From Candidatus Yanofskybacteria bacterium RIFCSPLOWO2_02_FULL_44_18 (GTDB lineage Bacteria; Patescibacteriota; Minisyncoccia; 2-02-FULL-40-12; GWA2-44-9): 64,000 bases of DNA. Positions 18,021 to 26,944 of this stretch are shown here, in pieces. The position numbers and the translations under genes are program-made. The notes under the pieces were generated by a model. That model saw only the letters and a list, made by a program, of their open reading frames with translations. It searched no databases and was not told the DNA's origin. The stretch spans positions 11,491 to 75,490 of the forward strand of contig MGKT01000008.1 of the NCBI GenBank assembly GCA_001794755.1, read 5' to 3'. How positions within the stretch are numbered: the stretch's first letter is position 1; each line of letters starts with the position of its first letter.

Positions 18021-18259
18021 GGAATAGCGAGAGTTGGTATTCTTTGGCATTTTGCTAAAGACAGCATTGTTCAATAAGTCGGACTTGTTCCGTAAAAAGC
18101 AATTACTGGCTTACGGGTCTACCAAGAGCTTGGCCGAGCATCATTGGAGCAACTATGAGGGTCAAGGAGTGAACGAAGACCAACACAAGCGACGAAATCT
18201 TGTTTTCCTTCAAGTAGCTCGCTACTCCCACAAAGAACTCCCTTACGGGAGCTTTTTGT
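18021..18259 (+). ncRNA. Candidate ~210-nt structured ncRNA with its own promoter and terminator
   Basis: Extended -10 TGCTATAAC 18006-18014; closing stem GGAATAGCGAG (18021-18031)/CTCGCTACTCC (18218-18228); internal stems; terminator CTCCC-TTAC-GGGAG-CTTTTTGTT. Confidence 0.6.
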
Positions 18260-18294
18260 TGAGAAAGATAACAAAAACTGATAAATTGAGAATT

Positions 18295-19014
18295 ATGAGC
18301 CAGGGCATTGCATATAACATTTATTGCGACGAATCCAGAGTAGAAAACCCAGAGTCCGACAAGATGGTAGTCGGGGCTATTTCGTTACCTCGTAATATCA
18401 AAGAAAAAACCACTAAAGAGCTAAAAAACATTTACAAGAAACATAACTTTTCAGGTGAATTAAAATGGACAAAAGTCAATAAAAATTATTCAAGCTTTTA
18501 CAAAGGCATAATGGATTTTGTCTTAAAGACCGAAGACCTAAACTTTCGGTGCATAATCGTGGATAAGAGTAAGGTTGATTATTCAAAATATCACGAGAAT
18601 GATACGGAATTGGCGTTCTTTAAGTTTTACTATCTGATGTTGCGGAGCAGGCTCTTAGATAATAATAGTTACTACATTTTTCTTGATAAAAAGCCCACCA
18701 GAGATAAAAATAGAGCAAGAGCACTGCTATCATTTTTAAGTTCTTATGTATTACTTCGTCGCAAAGAATGTAACATAGAGCATCTACAAGCTTATGACTC
18801 AAAAGATAATATACACATACAGCTCGCTGATTTTTTAACAGGATTAGTTGCTTATGGCGTTAACACAGAAGCTGGAAATAATATAAAAATGCAGATGGTG
18901 AATTATTTTAAGGATGTTTTCTTAATAGAAGACTTGCTCAAAACAACGCCATTAACCAGTAACAAGATTAATATACTTGCCTGGAATCCAAATTTTTATG
19001 AAAAAGGTCGTTGA
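18295..19014 (+). CDS. DUF3800-family (RNase H-like) protein
   Basis: IYCDES, ELKW, YIFLD, DSKDNIHIQLADFLTG; start moved to ATG 18295. Confidence 0.85.
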   Translation: MSQGIAYNIYCDESRVENPESDKMVVGAISLPRNIKEKTTKELKNIYKKHNFSGELKWTKVNKNYSSFYKGIMDFVLKTEDLNFRCIIVDKSKVDYSKYHENDTELAFFKFYYLMLRSRLLDNNSYYIFLDKKPTRDKNRARALLSFLSSYVLLRRKECNIEHLQAYDSKDNIHIQLADFLTGLVAYGVNTEAGNNIKMQMVNYFKDVFLIEDLLKTTPLTSNKINILAWNPNFYEKGR

Positions 19015-19456
19015 GCTAATAATACTAAATACTCCAGATGAATATCGTAAAGAATTTGAAGAAAACTATGCGAACTCATCTTTTACACTTAGGCCCAATG
19101 TGCCAGTTGTTTTTGTGGCAGAAGATTTTGACCATATATTTTCAGAGCCTGGCCCAGAAGGAACAGGTAGGGTGTTTAGCTTAAGAAGAGCTAAGAAAAT
19201 GCATTTTATGAAAGCCATATTGAGTAACGATATAGGAACAGAAATAATGCTTGAAACAGAATCTGGCAATATAGCTGTTTTTTGCGATGCCCTTGATTGT
19301 GTTATGTATCTTCGCATAAGACCACCCACAGGTCGGTTACAGGTAGCAACCTTTTTTGACTTTGGTAAAGACCATACAAAAATGAATAAAAAGCAGAAAA
19401 AGAAATGTGTTCCGATTTCAGATGATGAATTAATGAATAAGGTCAAAAATACCTAA
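18998..19456 (+). CDS. Putative BECR/PBECR-like nuclease
   Basis: FDHIF...FSLRRAKKMHFMKAIL...beta-rich C-half ending LQVATFF; overlaps the DUF3800 stop; start ATG 18998. Confidence 0.55.
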   Translation: MKKVVELIILNTPDEYRKEFEENYANSSFTLRPNVPVVFVAEDFDHIFSEPGPEGTGRVFSLRRAKKMHFMKAILSNDIGTEIMLETESGNIAVFCDALDCVMYLRIRPPTGRLQVATFFDFGKDHTKMNKKQKKKCVPISDDELMNKVKNT

Positions 19457-19550
19457 AAGACCCTTGCGGGCCCTTTAGGTTAGCGGGAACTGTTAGTTTT
19501 GGGCAAACAATCCCCAGAAATGCCGACAGTTTTACAATGTGTAAAGCTTA
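19445..19550 (-). ncRNA. Candidate ~100-nt ncRNA convergent on the DUF3800 operon
   Basis: Minus strand TTGAAT-N17-TATCAT with extended TG (19556-19584); stems TTTACA/TGTAAA, ACTGT/ACAGT, GGCA/TGCC; terminal hairpin with GCAA tetraloop whose G-U pairs work only on the minus strand. Confidence 0.65.
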
Positions 19551-19745
19551 CTCAGATGATAGCATATATAAGATGCAGATTCAACAAATTGTTGACAATC
19601 TATTAATTACCAACTTCTAACAATGGCGAAGGGAGAATACCCTGTAATCTGCATTAAAGCGGTTCTAACGTCGTCCATTGCACCCTGCCAAATTTTAATT
19701 AGTTTTCTTTACAAAACAGGAATATTGGTTTAATATTATAAAACT

Positions 19746-20051
19746 ATGTTTGCTGTGATAAAAACAGGAGGGAAGCAGTACAAGGTCGCGGAAGGCGATA
19801 CTTTGACCATAGAGAAAATAAAGCATGAAAATGACGAGGTTTCATTTGACCAGGTTTTTCTTATCTCCGGCGACGATCTCAAAATAGGCCGTCCTTTAAT
19901 TAACGGAGCCGTAGTAGAAGCCAAGGTTATAAAAGAGGGAAAGGGAGTCAAAAAGATGGTGGTCAGATATAAATCGAAGACAAGGCAGAGAAAGACAAAA
20001 GGCCACCGCCAGCCGTACACCAAAGTTCAAATAACAAAAATATCCACCTAA
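19746..20051 (+). CDS. rplU: 50S ribosomal protein L21
   Basis: MFAVIKTGGKQYKV...GHRQPYT. Confidence 0.97.
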   Translation: MFAVIKTGGKQYKVAEGDTLTIEKIKHENDEVSFDQVFLISGDDLKIGRPLINGAVVEAKVIKEGKGVKKMVVRYKSKTRQRKTKGHRQPYTKVQITKIST

Positions 20052-20069
20052 AGGCGGATATTTTTGTTA

Positions 20070-20098
20070 TTGACAAGGCAGCAGTAATCATGTATAAT
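20070..20098 (+). promoter_or_regulatory. Consensus sigma70 promoter
   Basis: TTGACA-N17-TATAAT. Confidence 0.8.
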
Positions 20099-20188
20099 AG
20101 ATGTACAGTTCCTTGAGATGCGAAGAACGCCTCTCTCGGGCAGAAGAACTGCCCGGGCATTTTGCCATGGAACTTTCTGGGAGAGGTT

Positions 20189-20599
20189 ATGGAACCTCAA
20201 GTTTATTGGCCGTATGTTGCCACGGGGTTGCTCGTGGCGACGCTGTCCGCCATCGTCGTTGCGATAACGGTATGCTTCAGGGCTTCCCGTTATCATCGAG
20301 AATGGAAGTCGGAGAGCAGGTTCGCGGCGATGTTTGTGAATCAGGCGCAGGTCAGCTTGGTTCTCAAGCAGTTGGCTGTCAGATTCGATGATCTCTGCAA
20401 GAAAGAGATCCGACTCCAGCAGGACGATGTCGTCCTCGAGGTGAGACTCGAGGAGATGGAAGAGGATATCCGGAGGTTCAAAGCTCGCGTGATCGCGACC
20501 AAAAATGCATTCTGGGAGGCGCGCAGCGCCGCCCAGAACCATGGATTCACAGTCTTGTATTGGCAGGACTACGTCAATCTTTCTGAACCCAAGAACTGA
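20189..20599 (+). CDS. Hypothetical TM + coiled-coil protein
   Basis: GGAGAGG SD before ATG 20189; N-terminal TM; own promoter and terminator. Confidence 0.65.
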   Translation: MEPQVYWPYVATGLLVATLSAIVVAITVCFRASRYHREWKSESRFAAMFVNQAQVSLVLKQLAVRFDDLCKKEIRLQQDDVVLEVRLEEMEEDIRRFKARVIATKNAFWEARSAAQNHGFTVLYWQDYVNLSEPKN

Positions 20600-20602
20600 A
20601 CG

Positions 20603-20670
20603 CAAGGGGGCGGCCCTCCAATGCCGCCCCCTTGCCCCGCCACCTCACCATGAGGTGGTTTTTATTTTTC
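20603..20670 (+). terminator. Two hairpins; the second is an intrinsic terminator
   Basis: CAAGGGGGCGGC/GCCGCCCCCTTG, then CCACCTCA/TGAGGTGG + TTTTT. Confidence 0.65.
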
Positions 20671-20742
20671 AATTATGCACTTTTTTGCATTGACCTATGA
20701 TTGTAATCAAGTAAGAATATTTTATGTTCCTTGAGGTGTTTA

Positions 20743-21183
20743 ATGAACACAACGTCTCTTAATCACGTGATACGGCCGTCGAATGAAATATTGTTAATAC
20801 CCATCAGCAGCGATGCGGCAAATAAATTAAGAGATTTAGCCAGAAGAATAACCGGCGGAATATATTCCTCCGATATGATTGGGGATATGGTAAAAGAAAT
20901 TGATCCATGTCTTGAGATTAAAGTGAATCGGGGGATAGTTTACGTGATAAAGAAAATGACGGCTAATTCAGCGGCCCAGCATCTAAGAAGGCTGTATCTC
21001 GATATGGCTGGCATGGAAAATGCCCCGATGACTATAAACGGAGAGACTAGATCGTTAAGGCTCGATGTGATTTTCAAAATAATTGACGCGATTGAAGAGA
21101 TGGGAGACGAGGTAATTGAATGCTCGCATCAGTTTGCGCTTATTGAAACATATTTATTCAACAGAAGCGGAAGTGTTCATTAA
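20743..21183 (+). CDS. Hypothetical protein
   Basis: GAGGTG SD before ATG 20743; abuts the recR stop. Confidence 0.55.
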   Translation: MNTTSLNHVIRPSNEILLIPISSDAANKLRDLARRITGGIYSSDMIGDMVKEIDPCLEIKVNRGIVYVIKKMTANSAAQHLRRLYLDMAGMENAPMTINGETRSLRLDVIFKIIDAIEEMGDEVIECSHQFALIETYLFNRSGSVH

Positions 21184-21783
21184 CTACCGGCGCGACTCAA
21201 GCGCGTTTCGTAGTGTAATTTCGTCGGCATATTCAAGATGAGAGCCCGAAGCCAGGCCTCGGCCAAGGCGTGTGATATTCACGCCTTTTTTGTTTACCAG
21301 TAAATCTTTTAAATATATGGCTGTCGTTTCGCCCATGGTTGTGGGGTTAGTCGCCAGTATGACTTCGATTTCGGAGTTGGCGCTCAACGCTTCATCGACG
21401 CGGCTTGATAATTCCTTAATGCGCAAGTGGTCGGGCATAATGCCGTCAACCGGATTTATGGCGCCGCCAAGGACATGATACTGACCGCGGTAAAGCCCCG
21501 TTTTTTCAATTGAATCTAAATCCGTCACTTTTTCCACGACTAAAATTTTCATTTTCTCCCGGCGATTATCAGCGCAGACGCGGCAGACATGGTTTTCGCT
21601 CAAATTAAAACAATTGGCGCAGAATTTAATTTCATTACGTAGATTGGCAATCATTCCGCCCAGTTCCTTCAGCTCGGCGTCGGGTTTTTCCATCAACGCC
21701 AACACAAAACGGGCCGCCTGTCTTGGTCCCACGCCCGGCAATTTCCTAAATAAACTGACAACATATTTAAATCTTGGATTCAT
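21184..21783 (-). CDS. recR: Recombination mediator RecR
   Basis: LPGVGPRQAAR HhH, CANC..CRVC, YHVLGG, ATNPT, LEYADEITL. Confidence 0.96.
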   Translation of the reverse strand: MNPRFKYVVSLFRKLPGVGPRQAARFVLALMEKPDAELKELGGMIANLRNEIKFCANCFNLSENHVCRVCADNRREKMKILVVEKVTDLDSIEKTGLYRGQYHVLGGAINPVDGIMPDHLRIKELSSRVDEALSANSEIEVILATNPTTMGETTAIYLKDLLVNKKGVNITRLGRGLASGSHLEYADEITLRNALESRR

Positions 21784-23168
21784 ATTATCTCTCCTTGCGG
21801 CATTATCGAGCTGGCCTGATAGCGTTTGTCCACTTCCAGAAATTTCAAACTGTCGGGATCGATTCTAAATTCAATCTCGCCGGTGGGGCCGTTTCGATGC
21901 TTAGCCACAATCAGTTGGGCGGTATTTAATCTACCATCCCTCTCGGCTTTTTCATAATTATTCTTGTCGTCCCGATGTATGAACATGACACAATCGCTAT
22001 CCTGCTCAATCGAGCCCGAATCCCTCAAATCCGAAAGTTTTGGTTTGTGGCCGTCCCTCTGCTCAATAGCCCTGGAAAGCTGGGATAAAGCGATTATGGG
22101 GATATTCAATTCTTTAGCCAGACCTTTTAAGCCGCGGGATATCTCCGTGACCTGCTGAACCGGACTCTCATACGATTTTCGCGAGGCCATCAGTTGGAGA
22201 TAATCAACAACCAATAAACCCAGTCCATGCTCGGCTTGGAGGCGGCGGGCCATGGCCCGCATCTGCAACACATTCGGCGACGGAGAGTCGTCGATGAAAA
22301 TGGGCAAGGTTGCAAGTTCTTCGCAAGCGGTGGTGATTTTTAAGAAATCATCATTTCCTTCGCGATGGGAAAGTTTGCCTGTTCTTAGTTTCCAGAGACT
22401 GGCTCCGGATGAAACTGCAATCAGACGATCAACGACTTGATCGACGGACATTTCCATACTGAAAACGCCGACCGGTATGCCCTGGCGGGCGGCGTTATAC
22501 GCGATATTCATGGCAAAAGCCGTTTTACCGACGGAAGGCCGGGCGGCCAGTATTATCAAATCAGATTTCTGAAGCCCTCCCAAAAGATTATCCAAATCAG
22601 TAAATCCGGTTTTGTGGCCTCTCAATATGCCGTCATCTTGGCTGGTTATTCTCTCGATGGCTTCAGACAGGGTGCTTTCTAGAGGCAGGAAATTTTTCGT
22701 AAGAGATTTATTGGACACGGCGAATAATTTTCTTTCGGCTTCGTCAAGCAAAACATCCGTGTCTTCGTCTTCCTGGTAGCCGAGAGAAATTATGTGGTGG
22801 GCGGCGTCAATCAAATCGCGAAGCATTTTCTTTTTTTGCACTATCTTGGCGTAAGAGCCGACATGGGCCGAACTGGCCACGGCATTGACCAATGAAGACA
22901 AATAACTCATGCCGCCGGATTCATCGAGACGGCCCGTTTCCGTCAGGCAGTTAGAAAGACTCAGGATATCTATGGGCTCTCTTTTCTCGAACAGGGAAAC
23001 CATGGCCTCGTATATCATCTGATGATTGCGATTGTAGAAGTCCTCGACGCGCAAATGGTCGGCCACTTTGTTGATTGCCTCGCGGTCAATCAAAATCGAA
23101 CCCAAAAGGGATTTTTCAGCATCGATATTGCGGGGCGGAAGTTTGTCGGGGAGTTCTTTCGATACCAT
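21780..23168 (-). CDS. dnaB: Replicative DNA helicase
   Basis: PPRNIDAE, AARPSVGKT, VDYLQL, SQLSR, DLRDSGSIEQDSD, KHRNGPTG; start moved to ATG 23168. Confidence 0.97.
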   Translation of the reverse strand: MVSKELPDKLPPRNIDAEKSLLGSILIDREAINKVADHLRVEDFYNRNHQMIYEAMVSLFEKREPIDILSLSNCLTETGRLDESGGMSYLSSLVNAVASSAHVGSYAKIVQKKKMLRDLIDAAHHIISLGYQEDEDTDVLLDEAERKLFAVSNKSLTKNFLPLESTLSEAIERITSQDDGILRGHKTGFTDLDNLLGGLQKSDLIILAARPSVGKTAFAMNIAYNAARQGIPVGVFSMEMSVDQVVDRLIAVSSGASLWKLRTGKLSHREGNDDFLKITTACEELATLPIFIDDSPSPNVLQMRAMARRLQAEHGLGLLVVDYLQLMASRKSYESPVQQVTEISRGLKGLAKELNIPIIALSQLSRAIEQRDGHKPKLSDLRDSGSIEQDSDCVMFIHRDDKNNYEKAERDGRLNTAQLIVAKHRNGPTGEIEFRIDPDSLKFLEVDKRYQASSIMPQGEII

Positions 23169-23282
23169 GCGTCCATTATATGGAAATTCAAAAAACAAAG
23201 GCAAGTTTTTTGTTGATTGCCTGTGGTTATTGCCAGTTTCAATCAAAAATGATAAAAAATTGCAGGTCTTTTAAGAGGTGTT

Positions 23283-23792
23283 ATGGCCAAAATAGAGAAC
23301 GCAGAGATAGACGCTGGCCAATGGCTGTTAATGGATCCCAAGGAAAGGTTTAATGTCCTTCTGAATACTAAACAGAACATCATCCCGATTTTTGTCGATC
23401 CAATTATAATTTGCGTCCACGATCAAAAAAGCGGACGGATTAAGTATTGCGTCCAGTGGAAGTTTCACGATTGGGAGGTTCGTGGTGGACTTTCTTCTAT
23501 GTCCGTATTATTCGAAATGGAGATTCCTCAAGCTCAGAAAAAATTGAGAAAAAAGTTGTACGACAATGGAACTCCTCACTGGCAGGTGAATTTCATTGGC
23601 CAAGGATTGCCAAGATACAAATCCGGTAAATACGAATGGCCGGATGAAACGTACGTTATGTTTAGCCGGAGAGGAACCATAGATTTTACCAAGAAAAACA
23701 CATGGTTGGTCAAAATAAAGAAGGATAGGAAAGTTAAGAGAAAACCGAAACAATATTTTGGACCAGCCGTAGAAGTGAGCGCCCGAAGTTAA
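23283..23792 (+). CDS. Hypothetical basic protein
   Basis: GAGGTG SD; TTGCCA promoter-like element upstream; fills the gap between dnaB and cysS. Confidence 0.6.
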   Translation: MAKIENAEIDAGQWLLMDPKERFNVLLNTKQNIIPIFVDPIIICVHDQKSGRIKYCVQWKFHDWEVRGGLSSMSVLFEMEIPQAQKKLRKKLYDNGTPHWQVNFIGQGLPRYKSGKYEWPDETYVMFSRRGTIDFTKKNTWLVKIKKDRKVKRKPKQYFGPAVEVSARS

Positions 23793-25219
23793 TCGGGCCT
23801 TTTTGTTACATATGGGCCGTTGGGAGTATCTTCCACCGCGTAGCCCAGCTCAAAGATTTGAGAGCGCAGGGAATCAGACAAGGCCCAATCCCTATTTTCC
23901 CGGGCTTCTTCTCGCAAATCAACAAGTTTTGAAACATTATCAGGAACAGCGTGTTCGCCTGTTGGGACGATGCCAAAAATACCGTCAAGTTCTTCAAGAA
24001 ACTTTTTAATCTTCTTTGTCTCCGCCTTTGGGATTTGATTCATCCTGCCGTTTACGAGTCGAATGTAATCAAATATGGCCGCAATCGCTTCGGGCGTATT
24101 GAAATCGTTATTCATGGCATTTAAAATTTTCTGCCATGTTTCCTTAATGTCACTGTCGGCCTCATATATGCCCTCGTCGGTATTAATTCTTTGAATTTTT
24201 TTTGAAAACTCCGAAATTCGTACAGCCCCTGCCGAAAACTGCTTGATGCTGTCAGATGTGTAATTTAAAGGCGAGCGGTAATAGTTGGAAAGAAACATAA
24301 GCCTCAAGGCCTGGGGGGAATACGAATTGAGCGCATCCCTAATGGTGATATAGTTGCCCAATGATTTGGACATTTTTTCGCCGTTGACCATCAGCCAGCC
24401 GGCATGCATCCAGTATTTTACGAATGGCTTTTTGCCCGAGGCTGATTCTTGCTGGGCTATCTCCGCCTCATGGTGAGGGAATATCAATTCTTGTCCGCCG
24501 CCATGCAAATCATATTGCTGGCCGAGGTAATGCTCGGTAATGGCCGTATCCTCAATGTGCCAGCCGGGACGGCCGTTGCCCCATGGCGAATGCCAAGCCG
24601 GCTCATATCTGTAATTCTGGGCTTTCCAAAGAACAAAATCCCGAGGATTATTCTTGTTGCTTTCCAGTTCGATTCTTACACCCTCTTGCAGCTCATCCAA
24701 TTTTTGTCCGGAAAGTTTTCCGTAGTCGGCGAATTTTTCAACGGAGAAATACACGTCCCGGTTACCGTCGACTATGGCTTCCTGGCCTCGGGCCGGAACA
24801 GCCGGGGCGGCATACGCGCAACCGTTGGAAATCAGCGTCTCGATCTGTTTTATGATATCCGGTATGTGATCGGTGGCGCGGGCGTATTTCCAAACAGAAT
24901 CAATCCCCAAAGATTCCATGTCGGCCAGATATTCTTTTTCATATTTCTCGGCCAGTATCTGGGGGGAAATGTCCTGCTTTTGGGCTCGTGCAATAATCTT
25001 GTCGTCTATATTTGTGATATTTTGAACATATTTAATATCGTACCCGATGGTCTTTAAATATTTGGCGACGACATCAAAAAAAACATATGTTCGGGCATGG
25101 CCGATATGGGAATAGTCGTATACCGTCGGTCCGCAGACGAACATGTCAACGCGGCCTTCATTTCGAGGACGGAATTCCTCAATTTGGCCGGCCAGCGTAT
25201 TGTATATTTTGAGGTTCAT
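23789..25219 (-). CDS. cysS: Cysteine--tRNA ligase
   Basis: CGPTVYD, HIGH, GRPGWHIE, FPHHE, KMSKS. Confidence 0.97.
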   Translation of the reverse strand: MNLKIYNTLAGQIEEFRPRNEGRVDMFVCGPTVYDYSHIGHARTYVFFDVVAKYLKTIGYDIKYVQNITNIDDKIIARAQKQDISPQILAEKYEKEYLADMESLGIDSVWKYARATDHIPDIIKQIETLISNGCAYAAPAVPARGQEAIVDGNRDVYFSVEKFADYGKLSGQKLDELQEGVRIELESNKNNPRDFVLWKAQNYRYEPAWHSPWGNGRPGWHIEDTAITEHYLGQQYDLHGGGQELIFPHHEAEIAQQESASGKKPFVKYWMHAGWLMVNGEKMSKSLGNYITIRDALNSYSPQALRLMFLSNYYRSPLNYTSDSIKQFSAGAVRISEFSKKIQRINTDEGIYEADSDIKETWQKILNAMNNDFNTPEAIAAIFDYIRLVNGRMNQIPKAETKKIKKFLEELDGIFGIVPTGEHAVPDNVSKLVDLREEARENRDWALSDSLRSQIFELGYAVEDTPNGPYVTKRPD

Positions 25220-26490
25220 AATATGAAAAGAGTGGCGATGAAAAATACCGACATTACCGCCAGCACGATGTGGCCGGTAACGTTCATGGCGAATGAATTT
25301 GTGTGTTCGCCGACAATTTTTTTATTATTAGCCATGTGCATGACCATGAATATCAGAAAAGGGGAAATTAAGCCATACATGATAGATGTGTAAAAAAGAG
25401 CTCGGACGGGGTGAAAGCCCAAAATTGGAATAAGGAGACCGATGACGGTTGAAGCAATTATGACGGAATAGAATTGGGGTGCTTTGGTGAAACTTTTGTT
25501 CAGTCCCTCCGGCCAATTGAAAATTTCAGAAATAACATAGGCGGCGGAACCGGCTAGAACAGGAATGGCCAGAAAACCGGATGATATAATGCCCAAGGAA
25601 AAAAGAAGGTACGAGTATTCGCCAGCCAAAGGCCTTAATGCTTCGGCGGCGTCTTTCAGGGTCTCGATATTGGTAATGCCCGCTCTGAAAAGAGTGGAAG
25701 CGGTGAGGGTGATAATGAAAAAAGTTATCAGATTGGAAAATACCATTCCGAATCTGGTGTCGCGCTTTAATATTTTAAGCTCATCGTTCGTGACCGGTTT
25801 CAATTTGCAAATATGGCCGGGCTTGCACTGGAGGATTGTCGCTTCCTCTATTTCCTGATTGGCCTGCCAGAAATAAAGATAGGGAGAAAGAGTCGTGCCC
25901 AAAAACGCGATTAGAATCAAAAAGAAATCTTTTGTCCAGAATATGCTGGGCACGACGGCTCGATAAAGTATCTCCGGCCAATTCTGGTGGACGGTGAACG
26001 TGGCGAATATGTAAGCGAATAAACTCAAAGACAGCCACTTGAAAATGGAGAATATTTTTTTGTAGGGCATAAATATGACGACGGGGAGGATGATGAGAGT
26101 GATTGCGAACGCGATTATCTTTTCGACGCCGGTATTATGAGCATCAAACAGCATTGCCGCGGCCTGGGCCATGCCAGACATGTCCGCCCCGATGTTGATG
26201 GCATTAACGGTGACGATAAGAAGGGCCATGAGAAAGACAAGCCAGCGGGGATAATGCCTTTTCATGTTGCCGGCCAGGCCGCGGCCGGATATGCGGCCGA
26301 TTTTTCCCGACATCTCCTGCATGGCAATCATAAAGGGAAAAGTAAAAACAGCTGCCCAAAGCATTGAGTACCCGAATTTCGCTCCGGCGATTGAATATGT
26401 GGCAATGGCCGAAGGCTCATCGTCGGATGCTCCGGTTATGAATCCGGCGCCAAGAGTTTTCCAGAATTTTTTTATCCGATCTAAAACCAT
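25216..26490 (-). CDS. NRAMP-family divalent metal transporter
   Basis: GFITGASDDEPSAIATYS, GTTLSPYLYFWQ, multiple TM segments. Confidence 0.88.
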   Translation of the reverse strand: MVLDRIKKFWKTLGAGFITGASDDEPSAIATYSIAGAKFGYSMLWAAVFTFPFMIAMQEMSGKIGRISGRGLAGNMKRHYPRWLVFLMALLIVTVNAINIGADMSGMAQAAAMLFDAHNTGVEKIIAFAITLIILPVVIFMPYKKIFSIFKWLSLSLFAYIFATFTVHQNWPEILYRAVVPSIFWTKDFFLILIAFLGTTLSPYLYFWQANQEIEEATILQCKPGHICKLKPVTNDELKILKRDTRFGMVFSNLITFFIITLTASTLFRAGITNIETLKDAAEALRPLAGEYSYLLFSLGIISSGFLAIPVLAGSAAYVISEIFNWPEGLNKSFTKAPQFYSVIIASTVIGLLIPILGFHPVRALFYTSIMYGLISPFLIFMVMHMANNKKIVGEHTNSFAMNVTGHIVLAVMSVFFIATLFIL

Positions 26491-26544
26491 TGAATTTATT
26501 ATATTATACTGCTAATATATTTCCCAGCACATAAGGAGTAGGGG

Positions 26545-26826
26545 ATGAAAGAGCCGTACAATAACTTAGACTCTCCCTTCACCAATCTTATTGACATATT
26601 ATTCTCGCTGACAATTACTCCTCTTGTCATTTTAAGCTCCCTTGTTATCGGCTTAAGAGACAAGATATTTATATTACCTTTTGTGTTTGGCATATTCTGT
26701 CTCTTAATCATGTGGGTCACTTTTCTTCCGCTACCGTGGGCGACTGGGGCGGCATATGTCTTAACAGGAGTCTTTATATATTGTCATCGCGATTATCTTT
26801 CCGATAAGGTAAAGCCCAATAGATAG
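26545..26826 (+). CDS. Small hypothetical membrane protein
   Basis: AAGGAG SD; about three hydrophobic segments. Confidence 0.55.
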   Translation: MKEPYNNLDSPFTNLIDILFSLTITPLVILSSLVIGLRDKIFILPFVFGIFCLLIMWVTFLPLPWATGAAYVLTGVFIYCHRDYLSDKVKPNR

Positions 26827-26898
26827 GGCTTTTCTGATTTTAGAGCGCCGCTAAAAAGTATGATTCCAACAGGCAAGACCTGCCGGTTAATACAAAAA

Positions 26899-26935
26899 TT
26901 GGCACTCTTGACTTGCGAGTGCTAACGAGTATAAT
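26899..26935 (+). promoter_or_regulatory. CIRCE operator overlapping a sigma70 promoter
   Basis: TTGGCACTC-N9-GAGTGCTAA (26899-26925); TTGACT-N16-TATAAT. Confidence 0.92.
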
Positions 26936-26944
26936 GGAAACGTT

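Larger units (their letters stand above)
7249..19656. mobile_element. Integrative element/defence island inserted at the 3' end of tRNA-Glu
   Basis: Direct repeat CTGCATTA at 7249-7256 and 19649-19656; visibly AT-richer than flanks; two recombinases and R-M cargo; housekeeping genes (murF, rplU) resume outside. Confidence 0.85.

Noticed and set aside
18021-18230. Retron msr-msd, tmRNA or intron-containing tRNA
   Set aside because: Terminal IR present, but no reverse transcriptase in the window and no T-arm (TTCRA) before the 3' end
18034-18294. 87-aa N-terminal extension of the DUF3800 ORF
   Set aside because: Starts at TTG and crosses a strong terminator; the family motif begins just after ATG 18295
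7249-19656. Prophage or conjugative element
   Set aside because: No capsid, terminase, tail, relaxase or T4SS genes recognised
20048-20605. 185-aa minus-strand ORF
   Set aside because: The plus-strand ORF has the promoter, SD, TM/coiled-coil pattern and terminator
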